Assembly: GCA_043228905.1 (NCBI GenBank)
Contig: JBHGNT010000002.1
Location: 27,714,001-27,778,000 of the forward strand
Source: Azolla caroliniana
Taxonomy: Eukaryota > Plantae > Polypodiophyta
Direction: 5' to 3'
Length of the DNA stretch: 64,000 bases
Made by a program: the position numbers and the translations under genes. Below the pieces are notes generated by a model. That model ran no database searches. It saw nothing but the letters and a program-made list of their open reading frames with translations, and was not told the origin of the DNA. Shown here piece after piece: positions 23,101-35,100 of this stretch; positions within the stretch are counted from its first letter, which is position 1; every line of letters starts with the position of its first letter.

Positions 23101-26100
23101 TAGTTACAAAACAAATCACAAAGAAAAAAAGGCTTGAGCCTAAAGCTAATAAAGATGCTTTGGAAGAACTTTCAGCTTTAACATGCTTTATGATGCCCGT
23201 ATTTTATATGACGGTATTAATATCTATCCTATTTATACCCATATAAGACATTATTTATCTGTAAGTATCTAGTATAGAAATGTTGGTAGAATACCATTAA
23301 GACATGGAGAGGCAGGTAGGATGAAGACCTATTTGGAAGTGAAAAAGAGAAAAGACGATTAAAATAACCACCATGGGAGGTTGAAATCAGCTATTGAATG
23401 ATGGAACCAAATTCCATAATATCTAGGAGCTCAATTTGCAGAATATGATTGCACTGGTAAATTAGATGTTTTGACATTGCCCACACATGCAATCTTAAAC
23501 TATTGACACCTTTATTTGTTTATCCATTGAATTATTATCATTTTGAAGGGGAAAATTACCGCAAAATAAGCCACACAGGAACTCGAATATATCTTAGCTG
23601 AGTAGACCATATGATGATTAGCAGTATTACTGAAGTTCCTGCAGGGAAAGAAACCAAAATAAATATATTTTATGATTATAATACAGTTAATAGAACATGA
23701 AAAAAACAACAAAAAGTGTACCAACAATGGAAAACGATGGAGTTTACGTAAGAAATAAAAATAAACATTGAGAAATATATTCATGGCAGCTCCATTTCTG
23801 ACCAGACAGATTATGCAAAACAAATCAATTTTTCTGGTCCAGTAGCATGGACAAGAACAGTATTGAGAGCTTGATTGAAAATTAACTGCACTTTATCAAT
23901 GTTTTATTGCTACAATATGCTACATATTCGTTGAGTAATGTAATTATTATTTGAAGCAAGCATCTTACGCTTGAGAAACACATGCATATAATATGACTGT
24001 CACATGATCTTTACACAAGTAAAACTAGCATTCTTTAATTTACTAAATCATCCTGATTGGACCATCATTAAGATGCTGAAGAGATTAACTTACCATATGA
24101 CAGAACAACAAAGGGAATACGAGTGAGTGGCCGTATTTTATCTGAGAATTTAAGAAAGCCCTGAATTCACATGAACATTGTTACAATAGTAAGCGTCCAC
24201 ACAAATAAAACATAAGCTAAAATACAAAGGCACACTGTTCAAACCAATATTAAGCATTACTAATATGAGTCGATGAAATAGATAAGTGCCCTGAGAGAAG
24301 TTTGAATCATACGGAAATCTTGTGAAAGGTGTAACAAGAGGAACAGATAGTGAGCCATCATTGTAACAAATAACACCTAAGGGATCTCATAGTTGCATGA
24401 AATCACAGTTCATACTGAGCAACTGGAAAACAGTTTCAAGAAGAGTGTAAAGCAGAAACAAATTATATTTGATTTTTTCAAGAAAGGAAAACTCAATGTT
24501 CTGGGGGGTTTACATTGCACTACTTTCACAGAAATGCATGCAACCTTCTCTGTTCTTTGCAGACCTTCATCAGGTTGACCTTTTGGTCATCTAACTTTTC
24601 TCATCGCTGAACCATATCGTCCAAACAGATTTCTTGATCTTCTCCAGGATACTCTTGGTGTTCTTCAAGCTTTTGATATGGCTTTGCTACGTCGTATTGT
24701 TGCTTGGTAAAACAGGGTGATGCAGGATTTAGTTTTCAGGAGTATGAATGAATTCAAAAAAGAAGAAGAGAAAAAGAAGAAGTCAGGTACTTAGAAAAAA
24801 GGGCATCGCTCCTTTGTGCAAAATGGGTGCACCAGCATCTACGGAAAACTAAAGCATGAACTCTACATAAAGAGTAAAATGGAGCACATTGGTGGGGACT
24901 TAGGTTAATCTGCATACGAAGTAGTTGGATCAAGCTTGTTTATATCTTTATCTCTTGGAAATCCCTACAGTGATTGTTTACTATAGTGATCTGTGGTTTT
25001 AGAATCTGACTCCCATACAATCTCTTCCTAGTAATTTGAGAGTATTCCCCTTTTCCTATTCATCACTGCAATTTCCCTGCCATTAATATATATAATCGCG
25101 CAGCTAGCATTCTATACCTCTTGTGGCTCATGTTCATTTTTCTGAAGTGGTTACCTCTATATCTTGAGTCCAGACAAATTATAGGCTTTATTTTCAGGCC
25201 TTATTCAGCCTTGACTACCCCTTAGATATACACACATGCTCTAGAAAATCAGGCTTGTCAAACAATTTTGCCACAAAGTGGAATTAGAAGACACTCATCT
25301 AGGTAATTACATTACATTAGGGGAAGAAGTGGTTCTCTTCAAAGGTAAACAGATATCATTACCTCCTACATTGTGGTTAAAGGCATCTCCCCCTGAATAA
25401 TGCAACATAAACAAGAATTATTTTTAGGCAATTCCCAATAGAGGTAATGCAAAATGATACATTACCTCCTGCATTGTGGTTTAAGGTCATCTCCCACTGA
25501 AGCAGTACAGAGGCTTCTCGAAGAGCATTGTGTCAAGCACATAGACCACAGCCCTACAAATATTTCATCATAAAAATCAAGGCCATCATTGTTTGACTCA
25601 AAGCCACTTTCCTGGTGTTGGAGACATCAATCTTGGACAATCCTACATAGATATTTTCAGAAGACAAACAATTTCCAGTTCCACTGCACCTATGTTGCTC
25701 TTCTAGTTATTTTATAAACAACTGAGTACTCGAGTACAGGTTTTAGTTTACTTGTTTTATTCCATTTCTTTCATATTTCCATGGACAAGCTGATAAGTTC
25801 AGTTATAAACTTTTGTCACATCTCTTTGGCCTTCGTCTTTGTCCCTTCAGTGTAATCCATATTTCTGTTGCATGCATATTATTAACAGCATGTACTTGGA
25901 ACCAATCTTCCAGTTCTGCTGCATGCATATTATTAATTATGTGTCAACTTGTTCTGTTACCTAATGAATAATGCAAGGGCCAATCTTAGTCAATGATGTC
26001 TAGGTATTCAACCTTAGTCAACTTGTTCTATACAAATGACTATTGAGGTTGCTCATGTGGTTATCAATAAAGAATTTGTGAAGGTCAATTTGTGGGATCG

Positions 26101-29100
26101 ATTCATAACATTTAAACTTGCACTAATATGTGGCAATCCTAGAGTTATTCAAAGTTTTTGGTTTGACACTAACATTATCTAAAACTATTCTTATTGTTAT
26201 GGTAGAGAGGAAAATGCCATACCAAGAGCCACTCGTCAAGAAAGACCCAAAAAGTCCAGAAAACAAGTCATTAGAGAGGGGTGTCCATAAAAACACTAAT
26301 GCATGTCTGGCAAACAATCACTCTAGCAGTCTACACGACCACAAAATACAAAAGTCAGAGATCAACCCAACCCTCTCTTTCTCCCCCCCCCCCCCACTGA
26401 GTATGAATATAGCAGCGTTCTCTAATGGAACAATTTAATCAACTGTTTTCTCCATGTCTATAGCATCTCACTATTCATGAAACATACAAGCTGTCCAAAA
26501 GCGAAAAAGTACTGATCATAATATTTCAGAGCGGGAATTCTGAGACCATGTAAAATGGATAACAAGACCCCTGCAGACAGTTCAATTGGAAAGGATGGAA
26601 GCATGCAAAGGCCAGGAAATATTTTTTAACAAATATCAAGTTGTGTTGATCTGCGCAAGTTCACAATTGACACAAAAATTAACTTCAGCTCACTAAAATA
26701 TAACTGTTCTCAAATACAATTACATTCAAAGCCAGAAAAGTATTATTGATTTCATCTGTTTCATCTATACCTGTCTTCTTTCTTTCTTTACTTGCTTTGA
26801 CAAGTGCTTTTGAAGCAACCCTACATATCACAGAGTTAAGAAGTCCTTTAGCTATAAAAACAGAAAAAGAGCAGGAAATAGCAAAGAAATAAATAAAAAA
26901 GAACAAAGAATTTTCCATAACAGCCACATACATCTTGCACTCATCCCATTCTCATCCTTGGTTTTGCTCTCAAAGAAATCATTGTGGATATCTAAAAGTA
27001 CAAAATAATCTCCCAACATCAAGGTACATAATGATGTCCTCGAATAATAGACTTAAAATAAAGTTGAGCACATTCATGAATCTTCTAAAATAGATCCCAA
27101 GGTTGAGACTCTAAAGGGTCGAGCTCCTTAACAAGAGGGGTGGGTATTTCTGGTCCAAATTATGTTTCTTCTGCAACTTATCATTCATAGCCCAGCCTTC
27201 CATTGCCTTCTTAAGGTTCATCAAAACTGTCATATTCGCTGATAGAATAGATGTTTTATCATCCATGAGATGGCCAATTTTTATTTATGGCACCAAATCA
27301 GCATATGATCTTGTTTGTGACTCCTTCCTAAGTAGGGGGAGTGACTAAATTTCAGTAAAAGTTTCTACATGAAAACAATGTACCCATATGTGCTCACCCA
27401 TTTGAATATGACACTTACATTATCACGCTCATCTAACAAGTCATCATATTTCTCACGCATAACCTTGTACGTTGGACCTGCGATAAGTCATATTCATCCT
27501 CCACTAGGTTTTCATTGCATACCTTGCATATCTTCATATTTGGGTGATGATGACATGATGCTATGTGGAGGATTATCTTATGCACGCATAACATAGGTAG
27601 AGGGTAGGTCAGGAAGAGTTACAAAACATAAGTGAAAGCGATGATCACTAATGTTAGAAAAGGACTAATGTGATTCGATAGAAGGAATGATAGGTGCATC
27701 CACTATCATGATCCTGACAACCAATGAATGGAGAGGCTTTCAAAAGAAGTATAAATATGGGACCTAGCTACCCTCGTAAAAGACATTATGTCGAAAGGCT
27801 GAAGTCTTGAGACACCAGTGGTGCGGGCTAGGCTTTCATCGCAACAATCGTGTTACCTCTTCCAAGGTACTAGTCATCCTAATACCCGTCGGCATGGGAT
27901 GTCAGTGGTAGATTGGCTATGTCTTAATCGTAGCTCATGGGTTGTCAGGAGAATCAGGTTCTTCCATTTAATCCATTCACATTTGTTTTACTTTTAACCT
28001 TAGCACCTAACTTGTGTGGGCGAGTTTGAAGAAGTGTCAAGGCCGAGAACCAAGGCTAATCGGGATACTGAGATGCAATGTGATACATTCACGCATTTTA
28101 CCTAGTAGTGGAGCAAACCTTGGGGGTTAATATTTGCTGTGTAAGATTCCAATTTTGACATTTTAGCATCTTGCAACTTCATCCTTTGTGCCTCTAGTAA
28201 TCTACCATCAGTGACCACATACTTCATAGAACCAACAGAGAACTCCAATAGATCATTTACTCTCCATCTTTTAAACCATTTCATATTGTGAAGCTACCAT
28301 GCCGATGAGAGGATTTAGTTTGTATTAGTTTTTAGTACTATGCATCCTATGTTCCAAGCTTGTTTGGCAATCTATGATCTGCCATATTCTTGACTTTTGT
28401 GATATACTTGTACACTCTTTGCATGGCTAGTACCTCTTTGGACTGAGCAACTATTTCTCATAGCATGACATGATATGGTGTTGAGGATTTTACTCTCAAT
28501 TTTCTAAATAAGAACACTCTAGTTCATTCCATGCACTAAATGAGATAGTGCAACCCCACACTTCCACCCCATAATTTTCTTTAGTTCATTCCATTCATTA
28601 AATGAGATAGTGCCACCCCACACTTCCACTCCATAAAGTATCACTATGGTTACATTCATTCTCAAAAACATAATAGCTATTCCAATCCATGAAGTATAGA
28701 CTTATCGCATACATTCCACCTATTCGTCGATGAGACATTAATACCAAGTTATTTTAAGCTTTGCATCATTTGTATTGGTTCTCCCCTTGTACGTAAAAAT
28801 GGTTCAATGTCTCGACTGTATTGCCTTTATTGCCATCACGTAAAAGTGGTTCAATGCCTCGACTGTATTGCCTTTATTGCCATCAATTTTGTTTTGTCCC
28901 CATTAATAGTTAACCCACTGATTTAACAGAATGTGTCCAATACACCAAGTAATTGTTGCATATCATCTAAATATATGAGGTTAAAACAATTGACTTACGT
29001 CCATAATAACTCTTCGTGTAACAAATGATTGATAATTGAAATTTTGGTCTAATACATGCTTGACCAAGTGCTTGTTTGTGATGATGTTTGGCCATGACCT

Positions 29101-32100
29101 AATCTTTTGTTCCACAATAAAAAGTGAATAATGAATCTTGTTATCGGTACATGTAAGATTCTCAAGTCAGATATACATAATTTTTGTCATAGAAAGATCC
29201 CTGCCATAGATCGATCCAGAATGGGGAGGCCTCTGAAGTGAGGGAAGCACCTATGATGGCAAGAATAATGGCCTTTATATGTCAATGGCGAGGATGGTGA
29301 AATCGTGAACCATGAGGCTAAGACCTACGTGTACAACAAATTGCTATTGCCTGATCTATTGTAACCCCTTTGCATGTCCTAGTCAAGAGACCATTTCTGT
29401 AGCCCTTGATTGACATCAACAATGAGTAGGAGTGATAGGGCTAGAAAGAAAGAAAGATATATTAACGTCTTTTAAGAGGCCAAAATGGCCTATAAGACCG
29501 AATAAGAGATTACATCTTAATGTTTTCTCGTCTTTGAGAACAAATCAAAATAAAGTAAATATTACACAGTAACTATAAAAGTAAATAAGATGAAAAGAAA
29601 AGAGACGAGAGAATCTGGTTTTTGGCACATGCAAGATTCTCAAGTTAGGTATATTGTAGCTTTTGTCTCCGAAAGATCTCTATCATAGGTCGATCCAGAA
29701 TGGAAATGTCTCCGAAGCGAGGGAAGCACCTATGATGGCGGGAGATAATGGATTTTATTTGTCGATGACAAGGGTGTCGAGGTCGTGGTCCATGGGGCCA
29801 GGGCCTATGTGCACGGCAAATTGCCATTGCCCGATCAATCGTAACCCCTTTGTTATATCCTGGTCTGGATCCCATTTCTGTATCCTGGGGTTAACTTCTA
29901 GCATTAGGAGTGATGGAGCTAAAGAAAGTTGTGATTATTCTTTGTGGATGAGCTTGTGTGGCTGTATTCTTCAACAACTTTTCCTGATGTCTCTTGAGCT
30001 CAAGCAAGAAAAGTCCTAGGCATCCTTGGTCCTCATATTCCACTACCTTGCGTAGTGGGCCAAAGCCTTGTTTAAAGAGGCAATGGTATCTCCCTCTGAT
30101 TTCATAAAAGACACTACAATGACAAACATAGTGTTCTTCAGATTCCACTCCTTGATGACACAATTGGCAAATTCTCTCTTCTAGAGGTAGTCATGTATAT
30201 CTGCCCACCTCAATTTGTAGCTGATGTGATGAGGTTCGCAGCTGCCCTATCACACTACGCAGCGCATAGGATAGATGTATGTCCATATAAGGTGGCCTTA
30301 TGACAAATCCATCCTCCGATGTATGTAAGAAGTGTGTCTTATAGTGGGCCATCTTTGTACCAAGTGGTATTTTGGGGCTGATCCATGTTATCTTGTTTTC
30401 TAAGTTAATAATATCCGTTCGGATCACTATATTCTTTTCCACTTTGGTCATATTGAGATGGGGATAGTCCAAGCTATATTGGAACGGGGGTAGTGCATTT
30501 ATACTCACGCCATGTGACTCGAACCATTGCTGCATTTCAGCATACCAACAATGAGTGTCTCCATTTTGTGCTAGTTGTCTTGATGACATAAATGCCAACC
30601 TTGGGTACCTTCGTTTAGGGAGCTCCCAAAGACGTTGGATAAATGTCATTGATCGGAACAATGCCTCGGTTATTATAGGTGCTGCTCCCATCTCTGCCCG
30701 GATTATATCGTGGGGCACCGATGCTTTGCTCCTTATCATGCGAGCAATCATTGACACTAAAGGTCTCTCTAAATCTTTCCAATGATTTGCCTTGTTAAGA
30801 CTCGGTCCCCATGTCTCTACTCCATAGAGAAGAGTTGGTGTGACAAGTGTATCAAATAACCATTGCTTAGTCCGTGGAACTGCAAATGTGCACATTGTCT
30901 TTCGAGAGCACCAAGGGTTGCATATCCACGAGAAAGTCGGGCACAAGCAGCCTCCTGTAAGGAGAACCTAGGTCCTGTAAATGTTACTCCTAGGTATGTG
31001 TAGGAGCGTGTGTATTCCACCTTTTCCTCTCCCAAGAAGAATTCTGGTTCTGATCTTGTTACCCATGCTTGGGTGGTGTTAAACACCATCACTTTAGTTT
31101 TATTCATGTTGATTGACAAACCTTTGTCCGTACAAAATAGCTTTAAGGCATTTAGATGTCTTTGTAGTCCCTCCGGAGAGTCAGAAATCAGCACATTATC
31201 ATCAGCATATAGTAATATCTGTATAGCTATACCTGCTAGGTGTGCTCCGGAACCACCAAATCTCTCTATGTACTGTGATACCTCATCTATATAGAGACCA
31301 AAGAGTGTGGGGGATAGTGGGCATCCTTGCTTCACGCCAATTGTGCTAGCCACCGCCTCTGACAAGCCCTTAGGAGACCGAACTTTTCCTGAAACAGATT
31401 CATAGAGTGCATAGATTCCCCATTGCATATCTATAGGAACACCAATGGCCTCTAGCCGTTGCATAAGCCGAGCACGTGGCACAATGTCAAAGGCTTTTCG
31501 AAAATCCACAAAGCAGCAATAAATCCTCTTATTGTGGGCTCTGCCCTCCTCAATAAGGGCCCAGAGGGTGAATATGTGATCCAAAGTTGCGAAACCCTTC
31601 CGAAAGCCTACTTGTCCAATTGAACGACAGCCATTTTGCTCAGCCCATATACTCAATTCTGATTCCAGAATCGAGCCATATAGTTTAGCCAAGTAATGGC
31701 CAATCATGATTGTCCTATAGTTGCTTGGCATCATGGGGTCTCCACTCTTGAGGATTGGCACAATGGTATGCTGAGTCCATCTAGTAGGAAAACCTTCACA
31801 CATGGCTCTATTAAAGATGTGTGCTAGCAATGGGAGCAAGGTGTCACGGGCATAGATAAAGTGTTCACCCACCAATCCATCATGATCTTGGGCCTTCCCG
31901 AATTGTAGCCTATCAATGGCATTTCTTACATTTTGTGGTGTAAAGAAGGTTGATTCATGTGGGCGTGAGGCATTCGGGTGGGGAAGAGGAGGTTGCCCCA
32001 AGGTATCATATAGGACCTTTGCATATTCGTGCCACACCCGAGGTGAGGTTAGTTGTGTGGTGGGTTGCCTCTCATTAAACATTTTCCATGCTCTTTTACT

Positions 32101-35100
32101 CTCTCGTCCTAGAAACAAGCGATACAAATTATCTTCAAATTTAGCCAAATACAATCTCTTCTTCCTCCTTACGAGGCGTTGGAAGGTTGCTCTCGCTTGG
32201 TTGTGTGTATAAATGCCCCGAGTTACATCACATTGCAAGCATCTCCTTGTATCATGACATTCATCATCATACCAACTATTTTGTATTACTCTACAGAGTT
32301 TGGGGGGGTTAGCCGTTGTGTGAGGGAAGGCTTTTGTGGCTGCTTTATGCAATGATTTGGATAAACCTTGGGTAAGTTCTTCAAGGGGTGCGAAAGGATC
32401 CAAATCTAGCATGCCATTGTATACACCACGACTATAGACATCAATTGTCTCGCGAGTGAATAGATACCTAGCCAGCCCACTCTCCTTAGTATATACATCC
32501 TTTGTGCATCCATCCTTTACCTCAAAGTGTAGATATGCATGATCAGCTGCCAAGCCAATAGGTCTTCCCGATATAGTGAACACTTTTATTTCAGGTATAA
32601 GAGATGGAGATCCCATTAGATAATCGACTGTGCTTGCACCCCTTTTTGGGTTCCAACATGTCAAAGCATCTGATCCAGGCCATTGTGACAAGCCATTATA
32701 TATCACAAGTCCATGCGCGCTTCCCAAGGCTAGAAAGTGTTTTCCATATTCAATTATAGCACTCATATCTTGAGCTTTTCTCTTTAGACCAACCTCTTCT
32801 GCCATAACTTCTCCATAGACAGCCTCGTCGGTGTTAAATATAGTTGTTTGTTCATCCTTGGTTCGTGCATTAAAATCTCCTAATAGTATTATATCCCCCA
32901 TAGTAGCAAATCTTATGATATCATCATATAGTGGTAGATATGGTGATTCACCTAGAGGTGCAAACCTTGAATAGGCAGGTGGAAAGTAGCAAATTGCAAT
33001 ATATAGCTCCCTAAGATCCCCTCTTTTTATGCATATCCACATGAAGCGTGCATCCACATCCTTATGTACAACATGCACTCTACCATGGAGCTCCTCTTTG
33101 TATAGCATAGCCACTCCTCCCGAACCTCTAGTGCTTCCTCGTGTCCGAGGTTGGGGGCGACATATTGACTCCCATTTGTATCCTTGTACCTCGGGGAGTT
33201 TGCTAGCCATACATTGGTGAGTCTCTGTATACATAGCAATATCTGTGTTTTTCAATGTATCTTCAAAATATCCGACATCTGTCCGTAGAGAGCCATTGCA
33301 ATTCCATATGGTCATGCGTAGGGTCTCATAGGCCATATATCGTCATGCGGTTCTCTTCTCTGTAATAATGACCTTGCCGTCTCTATATACGGCCCATTTA
33401 CCTTCCTTTCTTGCATCAAGCACTCGTGGCATGTTTTCTTTGCGGTGTGCCACTTGGGTTGGAGTGAGATCGTCATCTAAGTATATCTTTCCACCCTTGA
33501 GTGCCTTTCTTTTAGAGAGGAAAGCTTTTTTCTTGTCAATATCCATGAAGCGGATGATAAGGGCTTTAGCTCTAGACTCATCTCTTCCCACTCTCCACGC
33601 CGAAGCAAATGGAATATCTGATGCTCCAATCTTTGTTGCGAGATTCTTGGCATCTTCTTGTGGACTTCCCTTTTCGGCCCAACCAACCACTCATACATGC
33701 AACACACAAGCTTTCCTCTTGGCTTCTTCTTCTAAAGTAGCATTCATCATTGCCATCCTATCCATGGATGTTCCTTTTTGCTTTTTTACTACCTCTATCC
33801 AAGGAGCATTTGCTTTAATTTTGTTTTGAGCGTGCTCGGCTTGAGCTTTGGCATCTTTGGCGATGTCTGCCCATGTTTGCATTTCCTTCGTGACATTGGC
33901 TTTCACTGTAGAGATGCATCTTTCCACTGCTTCTTGTCCTTTTTCGAAATCCACTTTTATAGCTCCTAACTCAACCTTACTTGAGGATATTTCATCCTTA
34001 AGGTATTGTGTCATGTCATCCTTGAGCTCTAAGTGTGATTTCTCCACATGGCTTATTATATCTTTCCGCATCTCTTCTAATAACTCAGCCTTGATAGAGG
34101 CGTACAATTCTGATTTCTGTTTCTCTATCTCCTTTTTCATTTATTCCTTTAGTGCTATTTCGATATCTTCTCTAATAAGGTTGATCTCTTGCGCAATTAA
34201 ATGGCGTAAAAGATCATGTTTCCCATTTTCGACATCGAATGGAATGTCGGATGGGGCCTACGTTCTAGGTTCCTTATGCGCCCTTCTGACGCTATTCAGG
34301 TCTCGTCCTTTTCGTCTATGATATCTTCTTGTGGTCTTCAATAGATCTGGACCCTCGTCATGCGTGTTAAGATCCATCTTTTCAATGCCTGTCCCTTCGG
34401 ACTCCATGGTGTCAGATGTTGAGGGCAGAAAGAATAGAAATTACTACAGGGCAGAAAGAATACAGGAACAGAGTTGGCAGAAGATACAGGAAATCAGATT
34501 TGGAAGAGAACGCACAGGATCAGGCATTGTAGAAAACACAGAGGACAGACATTTCAGAAAAGACAGACAGAGCCAAAACCCTAAACGCAGAGATTACTCG
34601 AAAACTATATTAATCAACTAAAGAGAGAGAGAGATACCATTTCGAAGGTTCTCTTGTTTCAAAATCGGTATTGTCAAAAGCATGTAAAGGAATATTGCCT
34701 TTATTCAACTGTATGCTTTGCCAAGTCAACCCCTCCTTTTCCAGAAGTTCTACTAGATTTTGTGAAGCATAGCACCTCTTCCTCCTGGTTCACAGAATCC
34801 GTAAAGGAATATTGCCTTTATTCAACTGTATGCTTTGCCAAGTCAACCCCTCCTATTCCAGAAGTTCTACTAGATTTTGTGAAGCATAGCACTCTTCCTC
34901 CTGGTTCACAGAATCCAATGATTATTCTTTGTTGATGAGCTTGTTTGGTTGTACAATTGTCCTTCATCAACGTTTCCCAATGCCTCTTCAGTTCTAGCAA
35001 AAAAAGCCAAACACACCATTGGTCCTCATATTCCATTACCTTGCACAGTGAGCCAAAGCTCCGCATCGAGAGACAATGTGAGTTGTGACATACCACCAGA

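Larger units (their letters stand above)
29443..34630 (-). mobile_element. Near-full-length non-LTR retrotransposon (RTEX-like LINE), recently inactivated, in FIP1 intron 3
   Basis: CT-rich 5' UTR, ORF1, 6-nt spacer, ORF2 (APE endonuclease + RT + C-terminal CCHC), 3' UTR with hairpin and (TCTT)n tail. The 5' boundary is approximate. Confidence 0.93.

Noticed and set aside
24579-24710. Protein-like plus-strand frame (GHLTFLIAEPYRPNRFLDLLQDTLGVLQAFDMALLRRIVAW) in a FIP1 intron
   Set aside because: Bounded by stops, no start codon and no family I recognise; a BLASTX would settle it.
27320-28095. Possible solo LTR (GGGGGAG tract, TATAAATA)
   Set aside because: Could not identify matching TG...CA termini with a TSD.
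33368-34621. Plus-strand ORFs antisense to LINE ORF1 and the 5' UTR (ORF0-like)
   Set aside because: Look like antisense shadows of ORF1 and a purine-biased UTR; no supporting motif.
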